A DNA stretch of 40,310 nt from Abditibacteriaceae bacterium (GCA_031372065.1 JANMKN010000393.1:1-40310), one strand, 5' to 3'. Counted from the first letter of the stretch, positions 16,655-26,635 are shown. Notes: generated from the letters alone by a model not told the origin. Made by a program: numbers and translations.

Positions 16655-18619
16655 CTACCACTTCGCTTCAAACACGGCCCATTCCATGAATTTCGAGATG
16701 TAAATCAGCAAAAGGAAGCCGCCAATGAGTCCTATGAACCACTGCGTAAAAAGCAATGACTGCTCTTGATCAACCTCGCCTAATTTCCGCACAGCTTCGC
16801 GGTCTTCCACGCTGGCTTCAATGGGGTTGGGAGCATCGAAGAATTTGAGACTTCTTTGCAAAGTGTCCAATTTGATATAAATTGGGGCAAAAGCTTTTCC
16901 AAACGGATTCCAAATGGAAACCATAATGGCAACGGTCACGGGAATCGTGAGTGGGCTAATCATGCGAAACTTGTGCGATTGATGCTCCATATAAATGTAG
17001 CAGCGTCCGCAGGGCGGTTTGCGCAACTGGCTCATCTTGGTCGGCGCTTTGATTTTCTCCAGTGAATCGCCGCGAATGATGCGCGCGATCATTTCGTCAT
17101 CGCAATAACAGCCACGCTTGAATTTCCAGCAGGTTTTACGCGCTAAAAAGGCCGGACATTGCTTGCGAATGACTTCGCGGCAAAACGGCAAACTCCAACA
17201 AGGCGAAAGCGCATTGGCATCTTTAGCAACACGTTGTTGCGCGGCTTCAATCTGCTGTCCGGTGCCGACATTCGCCTTTTGCATCATGCGATCCGGCATT
17301 TCCAAAATCCACAAAATGACTTCAATCAGATATTTCAGCAAGCCCACAATGGCGATGCCCATGCCGCCGAGATGACAGGCATTACTCAACTGTAAAGCTG
17401 CATAAGAAGCAACCGACGGACTGGTTTTGAAAACACCAAACTGTGACGGCAGCAAAAACGGAATGCCAAAATAAACGAGCAACCCAATGACTGTCATGGC
17501 GATGCCGGCACCTTTTTGCGTCCAGATGGCGAATATACCACCAACCGCAAGCACAATTAGCATGACACCCAACACCATGCTTGCGGTGTTGATATCGCTC
17601 ACTACCTTCGATCCCAAGGCGATGGCTGTCCTTTTGCCGCCGAATAACTTCGTAGCCATGAACAGCAATGGCAAAAGCGTGCCGCCGCCACCAACATACA
17701 AAAGGTATTTGAGATAATTGTCGTAGCGATCTACCAAACCATCCAAATTCCATAAGACCTTTTGCATCCCACCAGTTTCACGCCGCTCGACTTGCACATT
17801 GCTGGCCGCATGAGCCGCCACCATATTCGACGCGCTTTGTGGGCCGGTAGGCGGCGCGGGTGCCACCGGCGCCTGTGGGCGACCCGGCGGTTGTGGTGGG
17901 CGTGGCCCGGAGGCCGAAGGCGGCACCGGAGCCTGCGGCGTTTGTGCTGGTCGGGCCGTTCCCGGCGGCGCGGGTGGTTGGGGGCCACGCGGTGCTGGAG
18001 GCGCCGCTGGTTGTCCCGCAACCGGGCCAGCTTGCGGAAGACGCGGCGCTTGTGGCCCGCTTGGTGCCTGTGGCGGACGCGGTGCAGGTGCGCCTTGCGG
18101 AGGCTGCGTCTGTGGCGGACGCGGCGCAGCGGCTGGTGACGGTGCGATGGGTCTCGGCACGGTTGCCGCTGGAGGCGCTGGCTGAGGGGCCGGGCGATTT
18201 GGCGTTGATGGAGCAACAGGTGCCGCTGGTTTCGGCGCAGGCGGTGGCGTGGCTGTTAAAGAACTCAAATCCGGCAGTGGCGGCACACCCGACGCAGTAG
18301 CGGCAGGCGATTTCGGCGTCGCTACAGGAGGAGCGGGTGTGGGAAGAGTCGCAGGGAGAACCGCAGGAGAAGCGGCTTTCGGCGCCTGTGGTTTTGGTGG
18401 CGCGACTGGCGTCTCAAGTTCGCTTGGCAAGGCAAACGAAAAAGGATCGGAAGATGCTGCCGGTGCCGAAGGCGTTGAAGGAGCAGAAGCCGCTACGGTT
18501 GGTGCCGCTACCTCTGGCGCCGTTGCCTCTGGCACAGGTGGATTAGCGGGCGAGGATGGTGCGTCTTTGGCTTCCGGCTTATCGAGTGCCGGGTCATTTT
18601 GAAAACGAAAATCAGACAT
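16655..18619 (-). CDS. Hypothetical membrane protein: Pro/Ala-rich N-terminus, TM helices, Cys-rich domain
   Basis: 654 aa; ~260-aa low-complexity Pro/Ala stretch, four hydrophobic segments, then PCWSLPFCR...CPAF...CWKFKRGCYCD...CGRC and two more TMs; RBS GGAG. Confidence 0.8.
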   Translation of the reverse strand: MSDFRFQNDPALDKPEAKDAPSSPANPPVPEATAPEVAAPTVAASAPSTPSAPAASSDPFSFALPSELETPVAPPKPQAPKAASPAVLPATLPTPAPPVATPKSPAATASGVPPLPDLSSLTATPPPAPKPAAPVAPSTPNRPAPQPAPPAATVPRPIAPSPAAAPRPPQTQPPQGAPAPRPPQAPSGPQAPRLPQAGPVAGQPAAPPAPRGPQPPAPPGTARPAQTPQAPVPPSASGPRPPQPPGRPQAPVAPAPPTGPQSASNMVAAHAASNVQVERRETGGMQKVLWNLDGLVDRYDNYLKYLLYVGGGGTLLPLLFMATKLFGGKRTAIALGSKVVSDINTASMVLGVMLIVLAVGGIFAIWTQKGAGIAMTVIGLLVYFGIPFLLPSQFGVFKTSPSVASYAALQLSNACHLGGMGIAIVGLLKYLIEVILWILEMPDRMMQKANVGTGQQIEAAQQRVAKDANALSPCWSLPFCREVIRKQCPAFLARKTCWKFKRGCYCDDEMIARIIRGDSLEKIKAPTKMSQLRKPPCGRCYIYMEHQSHKFRMISPLTIPVTVAIMVSIWNPFGKAFAPIYIKLDTLQRSLKFFDAPNPIEASVEDREAVRKLGEVDQEQSLLFTQWFIGLIGGFLLLIYISKFMEWAVFEAKW

Positions 18620-18705
18620 ACGAAATCTCCTGCTCTTCTTGGCAGTTCCCCTTGATGCGATTGGCTCTCGATCTGGCTTTTGATAATGCGCGTTGCTTTT
18701 ACAGT

Positions 18706-19914
18706 TTAACGTTGGCTGAGGCGTTTTTGCTCTTCGGCGGCCATTAATTCGTGCGCTTCTGCCAAAATGGTTGGGATACGTTTGGCAAACGGGCTGCTTT
18801 TCAGCGATTCAAGCAATTCCGGCTCTTGCGTTTTATCCCAGTCGCCGGGTTTGCTGCCGGGAAACCAATGTCCGGCATTGCCCATCAGGTTGTAACGCAT
18901 CTTGCCCCACTCGACCAAGTCCAACGAGCGCGCGAATGTCCACAAGCGCAAAATTTCCAACACATTTAAGCCGCCCGGAATTTGATCGTGATCGGGAATG
19001 CCTTCGCTCCACCGCGCGCACCAATCTTCTCCTAAAACTTCGTTCATTTCTTCGCGCAAGCGTTTTTCAATCGGCGCCATGGCTTCGGCGGCCTTATCGT
19101 AATGATTCAGCGCTTCGATGTGTTCGTCGAAATCCGCAGGCCGCGCCGCGCCGCAACTGAGCGTGTGAATCTCTGGGTGCGACAGGCAATACAAATCGTT
19201 GAATTGCATCGGCGAAAGCGGCGTGCAGAGGTCTTTGATTTTCGGCGACGGCTCGTAAAGTTTCCCACCTTTATCGTTGGGCGAAATGATAAAAACGCCC
19301 ATGTCCTGCTTCTTGGCCGCTTCAATCGCGCCCCAGTTAAGCGGGTTCACAAAATACCAATGCACATTGAAATAATCGAATTCGCCGGTGTTGACAGCCG
19401 TTGTAATGTCTTTGTTGGAGCCGTGCGTTGAAAAACCGACAAAGCGCACACGCCCTTCTTTTTGCAATTGGCGCACGACTTCCATGCAACCGCCGCGCAA
19501 AAGGGCATAATCCAGCGTTTCTTGGTTATTAACGCCGTGAAATGAAAGTAAATCTACATAATCCAGTTTCAAATACTTCATAGATTTCTCGAAGGTTTCG
19601 AGAAACGTTTTTGGGTTTTCATTCGGCCCAACCTTGGTTTGCACGATAATTTTCTCGCGCGGCAATTTCGGCAAAATCCAGCCGAGTTGCATTTCGCTGC
19701 TACCATAACCACGCGCCGTTTCGATGTGATTGATGCCCAGTTCCATCGCGCGCTCAATGGTGGCTTCGAGATTGGCTTGAGCGGCTTTTTCGATTTCTTC
19801 GGGTTCGACATCTTTCCAGGCCTGCTGATAGCGCATTCCGCCGCAGGAAAAAACAGGCATTTGCAATTCGGTGCGGCCAAAGCGACGATATTTCATGTTG
19901 TTTTCGTTTTTCAT
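18706..19914 (-). CDS. Aldo/keto reductase family oxidoreductase
   Basis: MKYRRFGRTEL...GGMR, GINHIETARGYGSSE, QTKV, LDYVDLLSFHG, VRFVGFSTHG; start 19914 or 19896. Confidence 0.92.
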   Translation of the reverse strand: MKNENNMKYRRFGRTELQMPVFSCGGMRYQQAWKDVEPEEIEKAAQANLEATIERAMELGINHIETARGYGSSEMQLGWILPKLPREKIIVQTKVGPNENPKTFLETFEKSMKYLKLDYVDLLSFHGVNNQETLDYALLRGGCMEVVRQLQKEGRVRFVGFSTHGSNKDITTAVNTGEFDYFNVHWYFVNPLNWGAIEAAKKQDMGVFIISPNDKGGKLYEPSPKIKDLCTPLSPMQFNDLYCLSHPEIHTLSCGAARPADFDEHIEALNHYDKAAEAMAPIEKRLREEMNEVLGEDWCARWSEGIPDHDQIPGGLNVLEILRLWTFARSLDLVEWGKMRYNLMGNAGHWFPGSKPGDWDKTQEPELLESLKSSPFAKRIPTILAEAHELMAAEEQKRLSQR

Positions 19915-19950
19915 CGTCCCCAGTTTACCGCACAGGTCACCTTTGAAATC

Positions 19951-19959
19951 TGTTATAAT
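19951..19959 (+). promoter_or_regulatory. Extended -10 promoter element
   Basis: TGtTATAAT upstream of the GGAGG RBS and ATG 19986. Confidence 0.6.
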
Positions 19960-19985
19960 GGTAAAAATTTCTCGGAGGTTTCAAC

Positions 19986-20564
19986 ATGAGACTGACAAAA
20001 ACTGCCGTTCCAATTTGTGTTTTGAGTTTGATGTGCTTGGCGTGGGGTCAACCGTCCAAAACACCCAAAACCAACTCGCCAAAAACCAGCACCGCGCCCG
20101 CTTATCGGCAGCGAGTGGACAGCATTTCCAACGAACTCAAGCCGCAAATCGCCGCATTGTGGCAAATCTACGGAAAAATGGAAGACCTGAACGGCATCAT
20201 GCAAAAACACGCCGCGCGCAACGGCGGCGAAACTACAGCCGCCGATAAAGACGACTGGAACAAATTGAAATCATCGCTTGCCGCGACTCTGCAAGGCATT
20301 CGCAGCAACACCAAACGACTTCGTTCGGTTTCTCCTGTGCCGCGCCCCTTGAAAAAAATTGATTCCGAATTTGTGGATGCCAGTTTTGAACTCGAAGAAG
20401 GTCTTGATTCGCTCGTCGCGTGGACAAATACGCCCTCGCCCGAAATGAACTTGCAATTGGGCCGCGAAATCCGCAAAGGCATTACATCGTGGACAAGCGC
20501 GCTGGTCAAACTCAATCGCGCCACCGATTCCGGCGTCACCGCGAAAGTTTATACGGAGAATTGA
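19986..20564 (+). CDS. Secreted helical hypothetical protein
   Basis: GGAGG RBS; signal peptide MRLTKTAVPICVLSLMCLAWG. Confidence 0.8.
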   Translation: MRLTKTAVPICVLSLMCLAWGQPSKTPKTNSPKTSTAPAYRQRVDSISNELKPQIAALWQIYGKMEDLNGIMQKHAARNGGETTAADKDDWNKLKSSLAATLQGIRSNTKRLRSVSPVPRPLKKIDSEFVDASFELEEGLDSLVAWTNTPSPEMNLQLGREIRKGITSWTSALVKLNRATDSGVTAKVYTEN

Positions 20565-20628
20565 AGTGCGTTATCTCGCGAAAAACGCACAAAACTTGTC
20601 ATCGCCACCAAAAAGTGCGATGTAAAAC

Positions 20629-20746
20629 GGCGTTTTCTAAAAAGCAGTCTGAAAAGTCGCTTGTAGCAACTACCCCCCATCGCCACCCACGAGGGGAAGC
20701 TGGATGGCAGTATCTTGACTTTTTAAACTGACTCTTAGAAAACGCC
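20629..20746. mobile_element. MITE-like 118-bp element with 30-bp imperfect terminal inverted repeats
   Basis: Left ggcgttttctaaaaagcagtctgaaaagtc vs reverse complement of right ggcgttttctaagagtcagtttaaaaagtc (25/30); non-coding. Confidence 0.55.
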
Positions 20747-20813
20747 ATCCTCCAAAATCAGATAAGCTAAAAGATAGAGGCCAATCAAAATAGCAAATTT
20801 ATCAGTCCCCCAC

Positions 20814-21122
20814 ATGAACTTGAAACTGGCGCAGGCTACCTATGCGCTGGCAGGAACAGGCACAATTCAAGAGCGGTTAATTCTGGCATGGGAACAAGCC
20901 TTTGCGCGTATCGCCAAAAAAGATATCCCAAAGGATTTGACCGGCCTGTATGAAGAAATTGACGCGGAGTTTAAGCGGGTTTACAAACTCTCCGGCCCCG
21001 ATTCCATGCCCCAATGCTTGCTTCAATTTAGTGATGCAGAAGCTGTTGCCGTTGCAGAAACAATTGTTCTGTTAGCTTTCGAATTTGCCAAGCTCCAGGG
21101 CATGAAAAACGCGCAGAAATAG
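20814..21122 (+). CDS. Small hypothetical protein
   Basis: 102-aa ORF with plausible helical composition filling the intergenic space. Confidence 0.6.
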   Translation: MNLKLAQATYALAGTGTIQERLILAWEQAFARIAKKDIPKDLTGLYEEIDAEFKRVYKLSGPDSMPQCLLQFSDAEAVAVAETIVLLAFEFAKLQGMKNAQK

Positions 21123-21285
21123 CGTTTCAACTTCGCGAAACGACTCGTTTTGTCGCAGAAACAGTTCGAGAAGGGGCTAACCGTCAGAAATGATTGTTTA
21201 GTCACCGCACAGGTATTACAACTGTGACAACTGCGCTCGTCCACATCAATTGCCGCCCTCACTATAGCTGTTCAATTCTCCTAAC

Positions 21286-23223
21286 TTGCCCTTCATCACC
21301 ATAACGCGCAGACTTTTAAGTGTGCCGAATTTTGTCCGCCGATTTAGAACGCCACACGCTTTTTCAAATAAGCGCCGTGGCAGCGTGCCGCCGTGGGTGC
21401 TGTGGATTGGTGGGTTATCGCTGGGCGGCACGTTGTTTTATGTCATTTTTTCCGCGCCCGCCGATTTGATTAAACAACAAAACGCGGCGGATTCGCTGCC
21501 GCTCACGCAAAGCGAAAACCTGAAAGTTTTGCAACTGCGCGATGCCGACGGAAACATGACTTTTGAAATGTCGGCGCGCCTGATTACCGTTGGCATCAAT
21601 CAAAACACCGTCGCCGACGATGTTTCTCACGCGGTTTATTATCAAAACGGCAAGCCGTCGCTGACACTCAGCGCCAAAAAAGTGACGCTGAACCAATTAA
21701 CGCGCAATGTAGAAGCGACGGGAAAAGTCAGCGCCAGCGGGAAAGATGGGTTTTTCGTCAAATCCGAGCGCGTGTTATGGACGCAAAAAACACAAGAATT
21801 GCAGTCGCCCGTCGTGGTGCAAGCTGGCTTGCGCGGCAATACTTTTGAGGCGCCACAGCTAACTTACAACATCAAAAGCGGACTCTTGCATTGCCCGGAA
21901 CAATCACGCGCGCAAGTGGGTCAACTTGCGGTTGAAGCGCGCGAAATCGTTTATGACTCAACGAAAGGTTTGCTGCGCTGTCCGCAAAATGTGACGGCCC
22001 GCGCCATGAATTTAGAAGCCACTTCAACGGGCGTCACTTACGAAACGCAAGGCGAAATTTTGCGTTGCCCTCAAAGCGTCACGGCCACGACATCGGGCGT
22101 AGTTGTCACAACAGCGGGCGTGACTTACGAAAGAAAAAACGGGCTTTTGCGCTGCCCGCAAAGTGTCCAAGCCAATGCCGATGGCGCTACCATGAGCGGC
22201 GGCAGCGCGTTAATTAATACGATTTCGCGCCATGTAAAAATCAGTCGCGGTGTCCAAATTCATGTGCCCGCTGGAACCAATCTGCAACGATTGCAAAATC
22301 TGCCGGAACAACTGGCACAAGGAGAAACTGTGAAATTCAAGCCAACTTATCTGGCTGCCGGACTTTTTCTGTTAGCCGCGCCCCATACTGTGCTGGCTCA
22401 AAAACCAGCCGAAAAAACGGATAAAACCGCTCCCGCCAAAAACCAAAAGCGCGTGGATGTCGGCGATGTGCATATCACGTCCGATCAACTCGATTACATT
22501 AAAGAATCGGCGACCTTTATTTTGAAAGGCAACGTTGTCGTGCGTCAGGATGGCGAAGACATGGTAATGCATTCGGATAGTGCCGTTTACAAGCGCGATG
22601 CCAACACGGCAACAGCCAATGGCAACTTAAAAGTGGACACCCGCGATTCAACCATCACCGGCCTGAAACTCAATGCCGATTTCGATAGCAAACACGTTCT
22701 CATTACCGAAAAAGTTTTCATGCGCTCGCATGGCGCAAAAGATGGCCTGCCCGACAAAGAGAAAACGAAAAAAGATGCCGCCGCCGCTGTGGATGATCTC
22801 GCTCATAAGCCCTCGAATATGTGGTGCGACAAGATGGATTTCAACTACGATATTCAAGAAGCGCTGGTGACGGGAAGCATCAAAATAAAGCAGGAAAACA
22901 CCGATGGCACTTGCGAGAAGATTATTTTCGACGAAGCCAACAATCGCGCCGAACTCCAAGGCAACGTGGTTTTCGTAGACGATGAAAATCAGAAATTCAA
23001 ATGCCAGATATTGCGCGTTTGGTTCGATACCGGCAACCTCAAAGTCGTAAAAGGGCCGCTGGAAATCGTTTCGCCGCGCAAAGAAAAAAAAGAAGAACCC
23101 ACTAAAGCCGCCCCCCAACCAAAACACGATTTCGGCGAAGATATAAAAGTGCCCGCCGAAACCGAAACGCCGCCCACCAAACCAGACGCAAAACCAGACG
23201 CAAAAAGCGAAAAAACGCCGTAA
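21286..23223 (+). CDS. LptC-like plus LptA/OstA-like LPS transport protein(s) in one reading frame
   Basis: N-terminal TM anchor followed by beta-jellyroll-type strands (VEATGKVSA, KSERVLW); C-terminal OstA-like ITSDQLDY...LKGNVVVRQ...ANGN...LQGNV; exact start uncertain (TTG 21286, GTG 21322 or later). Confidence 0.75.
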   Translation: MPFITITRRLLSVPNFVRRFRTPHAFSNKRRGSVPPWVLWIGGLSLGGTLFYVIFSAPADLIKQQNAADSLPLTQSENLKVLQLRDADGNMTFEMSARLITVGINQNTVADDVSHAVYYQNGKPSLTLSAKKVTLNQLTRNVEATGKVSASGKDGFFVKSERVLWTQKTQELQSPVVVQAGLRGNTFEAPQLTYNIKSGLLHCPEQSRAQVGQLAVEAREIVYDSTKGLLRCPQNVTARAMNLEATSTGVTYETQGEILRCPQSVTATTSGVVVTTAGVTYERKNGLLRCPQSVQANADGATMSGGSALINTISRHVKISRGVQIHVPAGTNLQRLQNLPEQLAQGETVKFKPTYLAAGLFLLAAPHTVLAQKPAEKTDKTAPAKNQKRVDVGDVHITSDQLDYIKESATFILKGNVVVRQDGEDMVMHSDSAVYKRDANTATANGNLKVDTRDSTITGLKLNADFDSKHVLITEKVFMRSHGAKDGLPDKEKTKKDAAAAVDDLAHKPSNMWCDKMDFNYDIQEALVTGSIKIKQENTDGTCEKIIFDEANNRAELQGNVVFVDDENQKFKCQILRVWFDTGNLKVVKGPLEIVSPRKEKKEEPTKAAPQPKHDFGEDIKVPAETETPPTKPDAKPDAKSEKTP

Positions 23224-23227
23224 AATC

Positions 23228-25195
23228 ATGGCCTACGACGAAACTACCGACGAAATACGCCGCCGCGCCGATATTGTCGAAGTCATCGAACAATATGTGG
23301 CGCTGCGTCCAGCGGGCAACAACCGTTTCAAGGCATGCTGCCCGTTTCACGACGAAAAAACACCGTCGTTTTACGTTTCGCGCGACAAGGGTTTTTATAA
23401 ATGCTTCGGTTGCGGCGAATCTGGTGACTCGTTCAAGTTCTTGCAGAAAATTGAGAACATTTCGTTTGTTGAAGCCAAGCGCCAATTAGCCGAAAAATAT
23501 GGCGTGGAATTGCGCGCGCAACGCGATTTATCGCCCGAACAGCAGACGATTTTGGCCGAGCGTGACCGCCTTTATAAAGTGATGGCGAGTGCGGCGGCGT
23601 TTTTTCGCGAACAATATCAAAAAAACGTCACGCCGCGCGATTATGCGCGCAAACGCGGCCTGTCCGCAGGCACCGTCGAGAAATTCGGCATCGGTTACGC
23701 GCCCGACGAATGGGAAAGTTTGCGCAAGCATTTAGTGAATAAATATGGCTTCAAAGACGAAGACGGCGTGGCCGTTGGCCTTCTCATCGAAAGAGAAAAC
23801 GACACCGGGCAAAAGCGTTATTATGATCGCTACCGGCACCGTTTGATGTTTCCGATTTGGGATATGCAAGGCCGCGTTATCGCCTTTGGCGGGCGTGCTT
23901 TGGAAGGCGGAAAAACCGGCAATCCCGACGCAAAATATATCAACTCGCCGGAAAGCCCACTGTTTTCCAAAAGCAAAACGCTTTATGGCTGGCACGTCGC
24001 GCGAAGTGAAGTCGGCAAGCAAGAAAGCGTGATTCTCAACGAAGGCTACATGGATTCCATCGCGCTCCATGAAGCCGGATTCGGCAACGCCATCGCCACG
24101 CTGGGCACTGCTTTAACCGTTCATCACGCCAGTATGTTGGCGCGATTGTCACCCAAAACGATATATCTGTGTTACGACGGCGATTCAGCGGGAATGCAAG
24201 CCGCTTTGCGCGCCGCGCCGATTTTTGCCGCACATAATTTGAATGTGCGCGTGGTCACGTTGCCGGGCGGCGAAGACCCCGACACATTCGTGCGCAAAAA
24301 CGGCAAAGTCGGCTTTCAAAATGCGCTACGCGAAGCGCGAATGCTGTTGCAATATCGCGTCGAAATGGCGATGGGCAACGCCGATTTAAGCAATCCCATC
24401 GAACGCACGCAAGCCATCAAAGCCGCCACCGACATCATCGCCGAAATGCCGCAAGGCAGCGAGCGCGCGACTTATACGGCGTGGCTCGCCGAACAATGGG
24501 CGCGGGCCGAAAATATCTCGACGCCTGACCGTTTGCGCATGGTCGAAGCCGCCGTGACGCGCGAAGTCGAAAGCTCCGCCAAACGCTGGGAAAAGCAAGA
24601 TACGATTCGCGAGGAGCGTCAGGAAAAACAAAATCGCTGGCAAAAGCGCAACGAAAAACCCGAAGTGCCTTCGGAAAATGAGCAAACCGAACGCGAAGAT
24701 ATGGTCGCCATGCTGTCTGAAGCGGCGTTTCATCAAAGTTCGGGCGTTTTGAAGGCCGAAGAAGCATTGATTGCCACGCTCATCAACGCCCCGACATGGC
24801 GCACGCGCATTTTAGAACAACTTCCGCTGGAACAATGGACAAGCGAAATGCACGGCGAAATCGTCGCGCTACTGCGCAAATTTCCCGGCACCGAGCCGAT
24901 TGATATGGCGCCTTTGCTTGATCAACTTTCGCCTCCGGCGCAAGGTTTAGTGAGCGCACTCATGCTGACCGATGAAGCCGCCACGCCGCCGGAACTGCGC
25001 GTCATTGACGATTGGATTTCCCGCGTGCAAGGTCACTGGCTGCGCCAAACCGAACGAGAATGGCTCGAAGCCATTCGCCTTAAACTCGAACGCGGCGAAC
25101 CGATTACCGACGACGACAAAAACGCCTTAGCCGCCGCCCTGCGCGGCACCAAACGCGCCACAGGTCGCCCGCCGGGTCAGATGAACGGGATTTGA
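23228..25195 (+). CDS. dnaG: DNA primase
   Basis: CPFHDEKTPSF...CFGC zinc finger, RLMFPI, FGGR, KYINSPES, EGYMD, YDGDSAG, EDPD. Confidence 0.98.
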   Translation: MAYDETTDEIRRRADIVEVIEQYVALRPAGNNRFKACCPFHDEKTPSFYVSRDKGFYKCFGCGESGDSFKFLQKIENISFVEAKRQLAEKYGVELRAQRDLSPEQQTILAERDRLYKVMASAAAFFREQYQKNVTPRDYARKRGLSAGTVEKFGIGYAPDEWESLRKHLVNKYGFKDEDGVAVGLLIERENDTGQKRYYDRYRHRLMFPIWDMQGRVIAFGGRALEGGKTGNPDAKYINSPESPLFSKSKTLYGWHVARSEVGKQESVILNEGYMDSIALHEAGFGNAIATLGTALTVHHASMLARLSPKTIYLCYDGDSAGMQAALRAAPIFAAHNLNVRVVTLPGGEDPDTFVRKNGKVGFQNALREARMLLQYRVEMAMGNADLSNPIERTQAIKAATDIIAEMPQGSERATYTAWLAEQWARAENISTPDRLRMVEAAVTREVESSAKRWEKQDTIREERQEKQNRWQKRNEKPEVPSENEQTEREDMVAMLSEAAFHQSSGVLKAEEALIATLINAPTWRTRILEQLPLEQWTSEMHGEIVALLRKFPGTEPIDMAPLLDQLSPPAQGLVSALMLTDEAATPPELRVIDDWISRVQGHWLRQTEREWLEAIRLKLERGEPITDDDKNALAAALRGTKRATGRPPGQMNGI

Positions 25196-25200
25196 TTTTC

Positions 25201-25231
25201 TGTAGGGGCGAACCTTGTGTTCGCCCCTACA
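25201..25231. repeat. GTAG-type REP-like palindrome; possibly also a terminator after dnaG
   Basis: tgtaggggcgaac-cttgt-gttcgcccctaca, 13-bp perfect stem. Confidence 0.7.
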
Positions 25232-25263
25232 AAACGACCTTCCATTAAACTGAGGCCAATCTT

Positions 25264-26628
25264 ATGATTCTTCTCGGCGGCCTTGTTATCATTGCCCTTG
25301 CGGTTTATGCCGTCATCCGGCGCGTGGATGTGCGTTTGGCTTTGCTTTTGGCTTCTTTCGCACTGGGCGCGATAAGCGGGACATTGCCCGAAGTCGTTCA
25401 TAAATTCTTCGCCACGCTGACCGATGGAAAATTTGTTATTCCGCTTTGCACGGCGATGGGTTTTGCCTATGTTTTGCGCCACACCGAATGCGATCAGCAT
25501 TTGGTGCATTTTTTGACCAATCCGCTGCGCCGCGTGCAGTTTTTGCTCATTCCGGGCGCGGTTTTAGTGGCATTTTTCGTCAATATCCCGATTATCAGCC
25601 AGACCAGCACCGCCGTGACAGTCGGCGCCGTTTTAGTGCCGCTTTTGTTGGCGGCGCGCATTTCGCCCGAAACAGCGGGCGCGACGCTGCTACTCGGTGC
25701 TTCCATTGGCGGCGAACTGCTCAATCCGGGCGCGCCGGAATTTCGCACCATCACAAGCGAAGCCAGCAAACTCGGCATCACACTGGAAAATTCGACTTGT
25801 GCACACGCGGTTTTACCGCTGCTGCTGATTCATGTGCCGATTGCCATCGCGTTATTCTGGTGGCAAAGCGCCAAATTTGAAAAAGGGGCCAAAGCGCCGC
25901 GTGATGAACAAACCATAGTCGCCAAAGCCGAAAAAGTGGACGAGCAGCAAGAAAAATTCAAGATTGATTATTTCAAAGCCGCCGTGCCGTTTGTGCCCCT
26001 TGCCCTTTTGATTGCACTGGGCAAACCGTGGCAGTTGATTCACATTCCTGAATCGTGGCTGCTCGGCGATAAAGATTTGCCGGATATTTTCGATAGCCGT
26101 TTAATCGGCGCCACGATGATTATCGGCGTGTTGTGCGCGGCCCTTGCTTCGCGCAAGCATACCAAAGAATTAGCTGGCATCTTTTTCGATGGTGCGGGCT
26201 ACGCTTATGCTAATGTGATTTCGATTATCGTGGCTGCGACGTGCTTTGGCGAAGGCGTCAAAAGCATCGGGCTGGATAAAGTGATCGGCGCCTTTGTGAC
26301 GCAGCAGCCGGGCGCGCTTTTGCCTTTGGCGGGATTTCTGCCGCTGGCGTTTGGCTTTATTTGCGGTTCGGGCATCGCCTCAACGCAAAGTTTGGCGAGT
26401 TTTTTCATCGTGCCCGGTTTCGCTTTGCATTTGGCGCCCGAACAAATTGGCGCCATCGTCGCTTTGGGCGCCGCCGCCGGACGCACTATGTCCCTCGTCG
26501 CCGCCGTGACACTGATGTGCAGCCAACTCACGAACACCTCGCCCGTGCGTTTGGTGCGCCGCGTGGCGTTGCCGCTTTTGATTGGCATGGCAGTCACGGT
26601 GGTTTTTGCCATGCTGCGTGGTCAATGA
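25264..26628 (+). CDS. dcuC: DcuC-family C4-dicarboxylate transporter
   Basis: About 12 TMs; PLCTAMGFAYV...CDQHLV, LLNPG, GSG, GRTMSLVAAV. Confidence 0.75.
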   Translation: MILLGGLVIIALAVYAVIRRVDVRLALLLASFALGAISGTLPEVVHKFFATLTDGKFVIPLCTAMGFAYVLRHTECDQHLVHFLTNPLRRVQFLLIPGAVLVAFFVNIPIISQTSTAVTVGAVLVPLLLAARISPETAGATLLLGASIGGELLNPGAPEFRTITSEASKLGITLENSTCAHAVLPLLLIHVPIAIALFWWQSAKFEKGAKAPRDEQTIVAKAEKVDEQQEKFKIDYFKAAVPFVPLALLIALGKPWQLIHIPESWLLGDKDLPDIFDSRLIGATMIIGVLCAALASRKHTKELAGIFFDGAGYAYANVISIIVAATCFGEGVKSIGLDKVIGAFVTQQPGALLPLAGFLPLAFGFICGSGIASTQSLASFFIVPGFALHLAPEQIGAIVALGAAAGRTMSLVAAVTLMCSQLTNTSPVRLVRRVALPLLIGMAVTVVFAMLRGQ

Positions 26629-26635
26629 ATTCGCC

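Noticed and set aside
17700..18600. Several overlapping 100-160-aa ORFs in other frames
   Set aside because: Shadow ORFs caused by the GC-rich Pro/Ala low-complexity coding region
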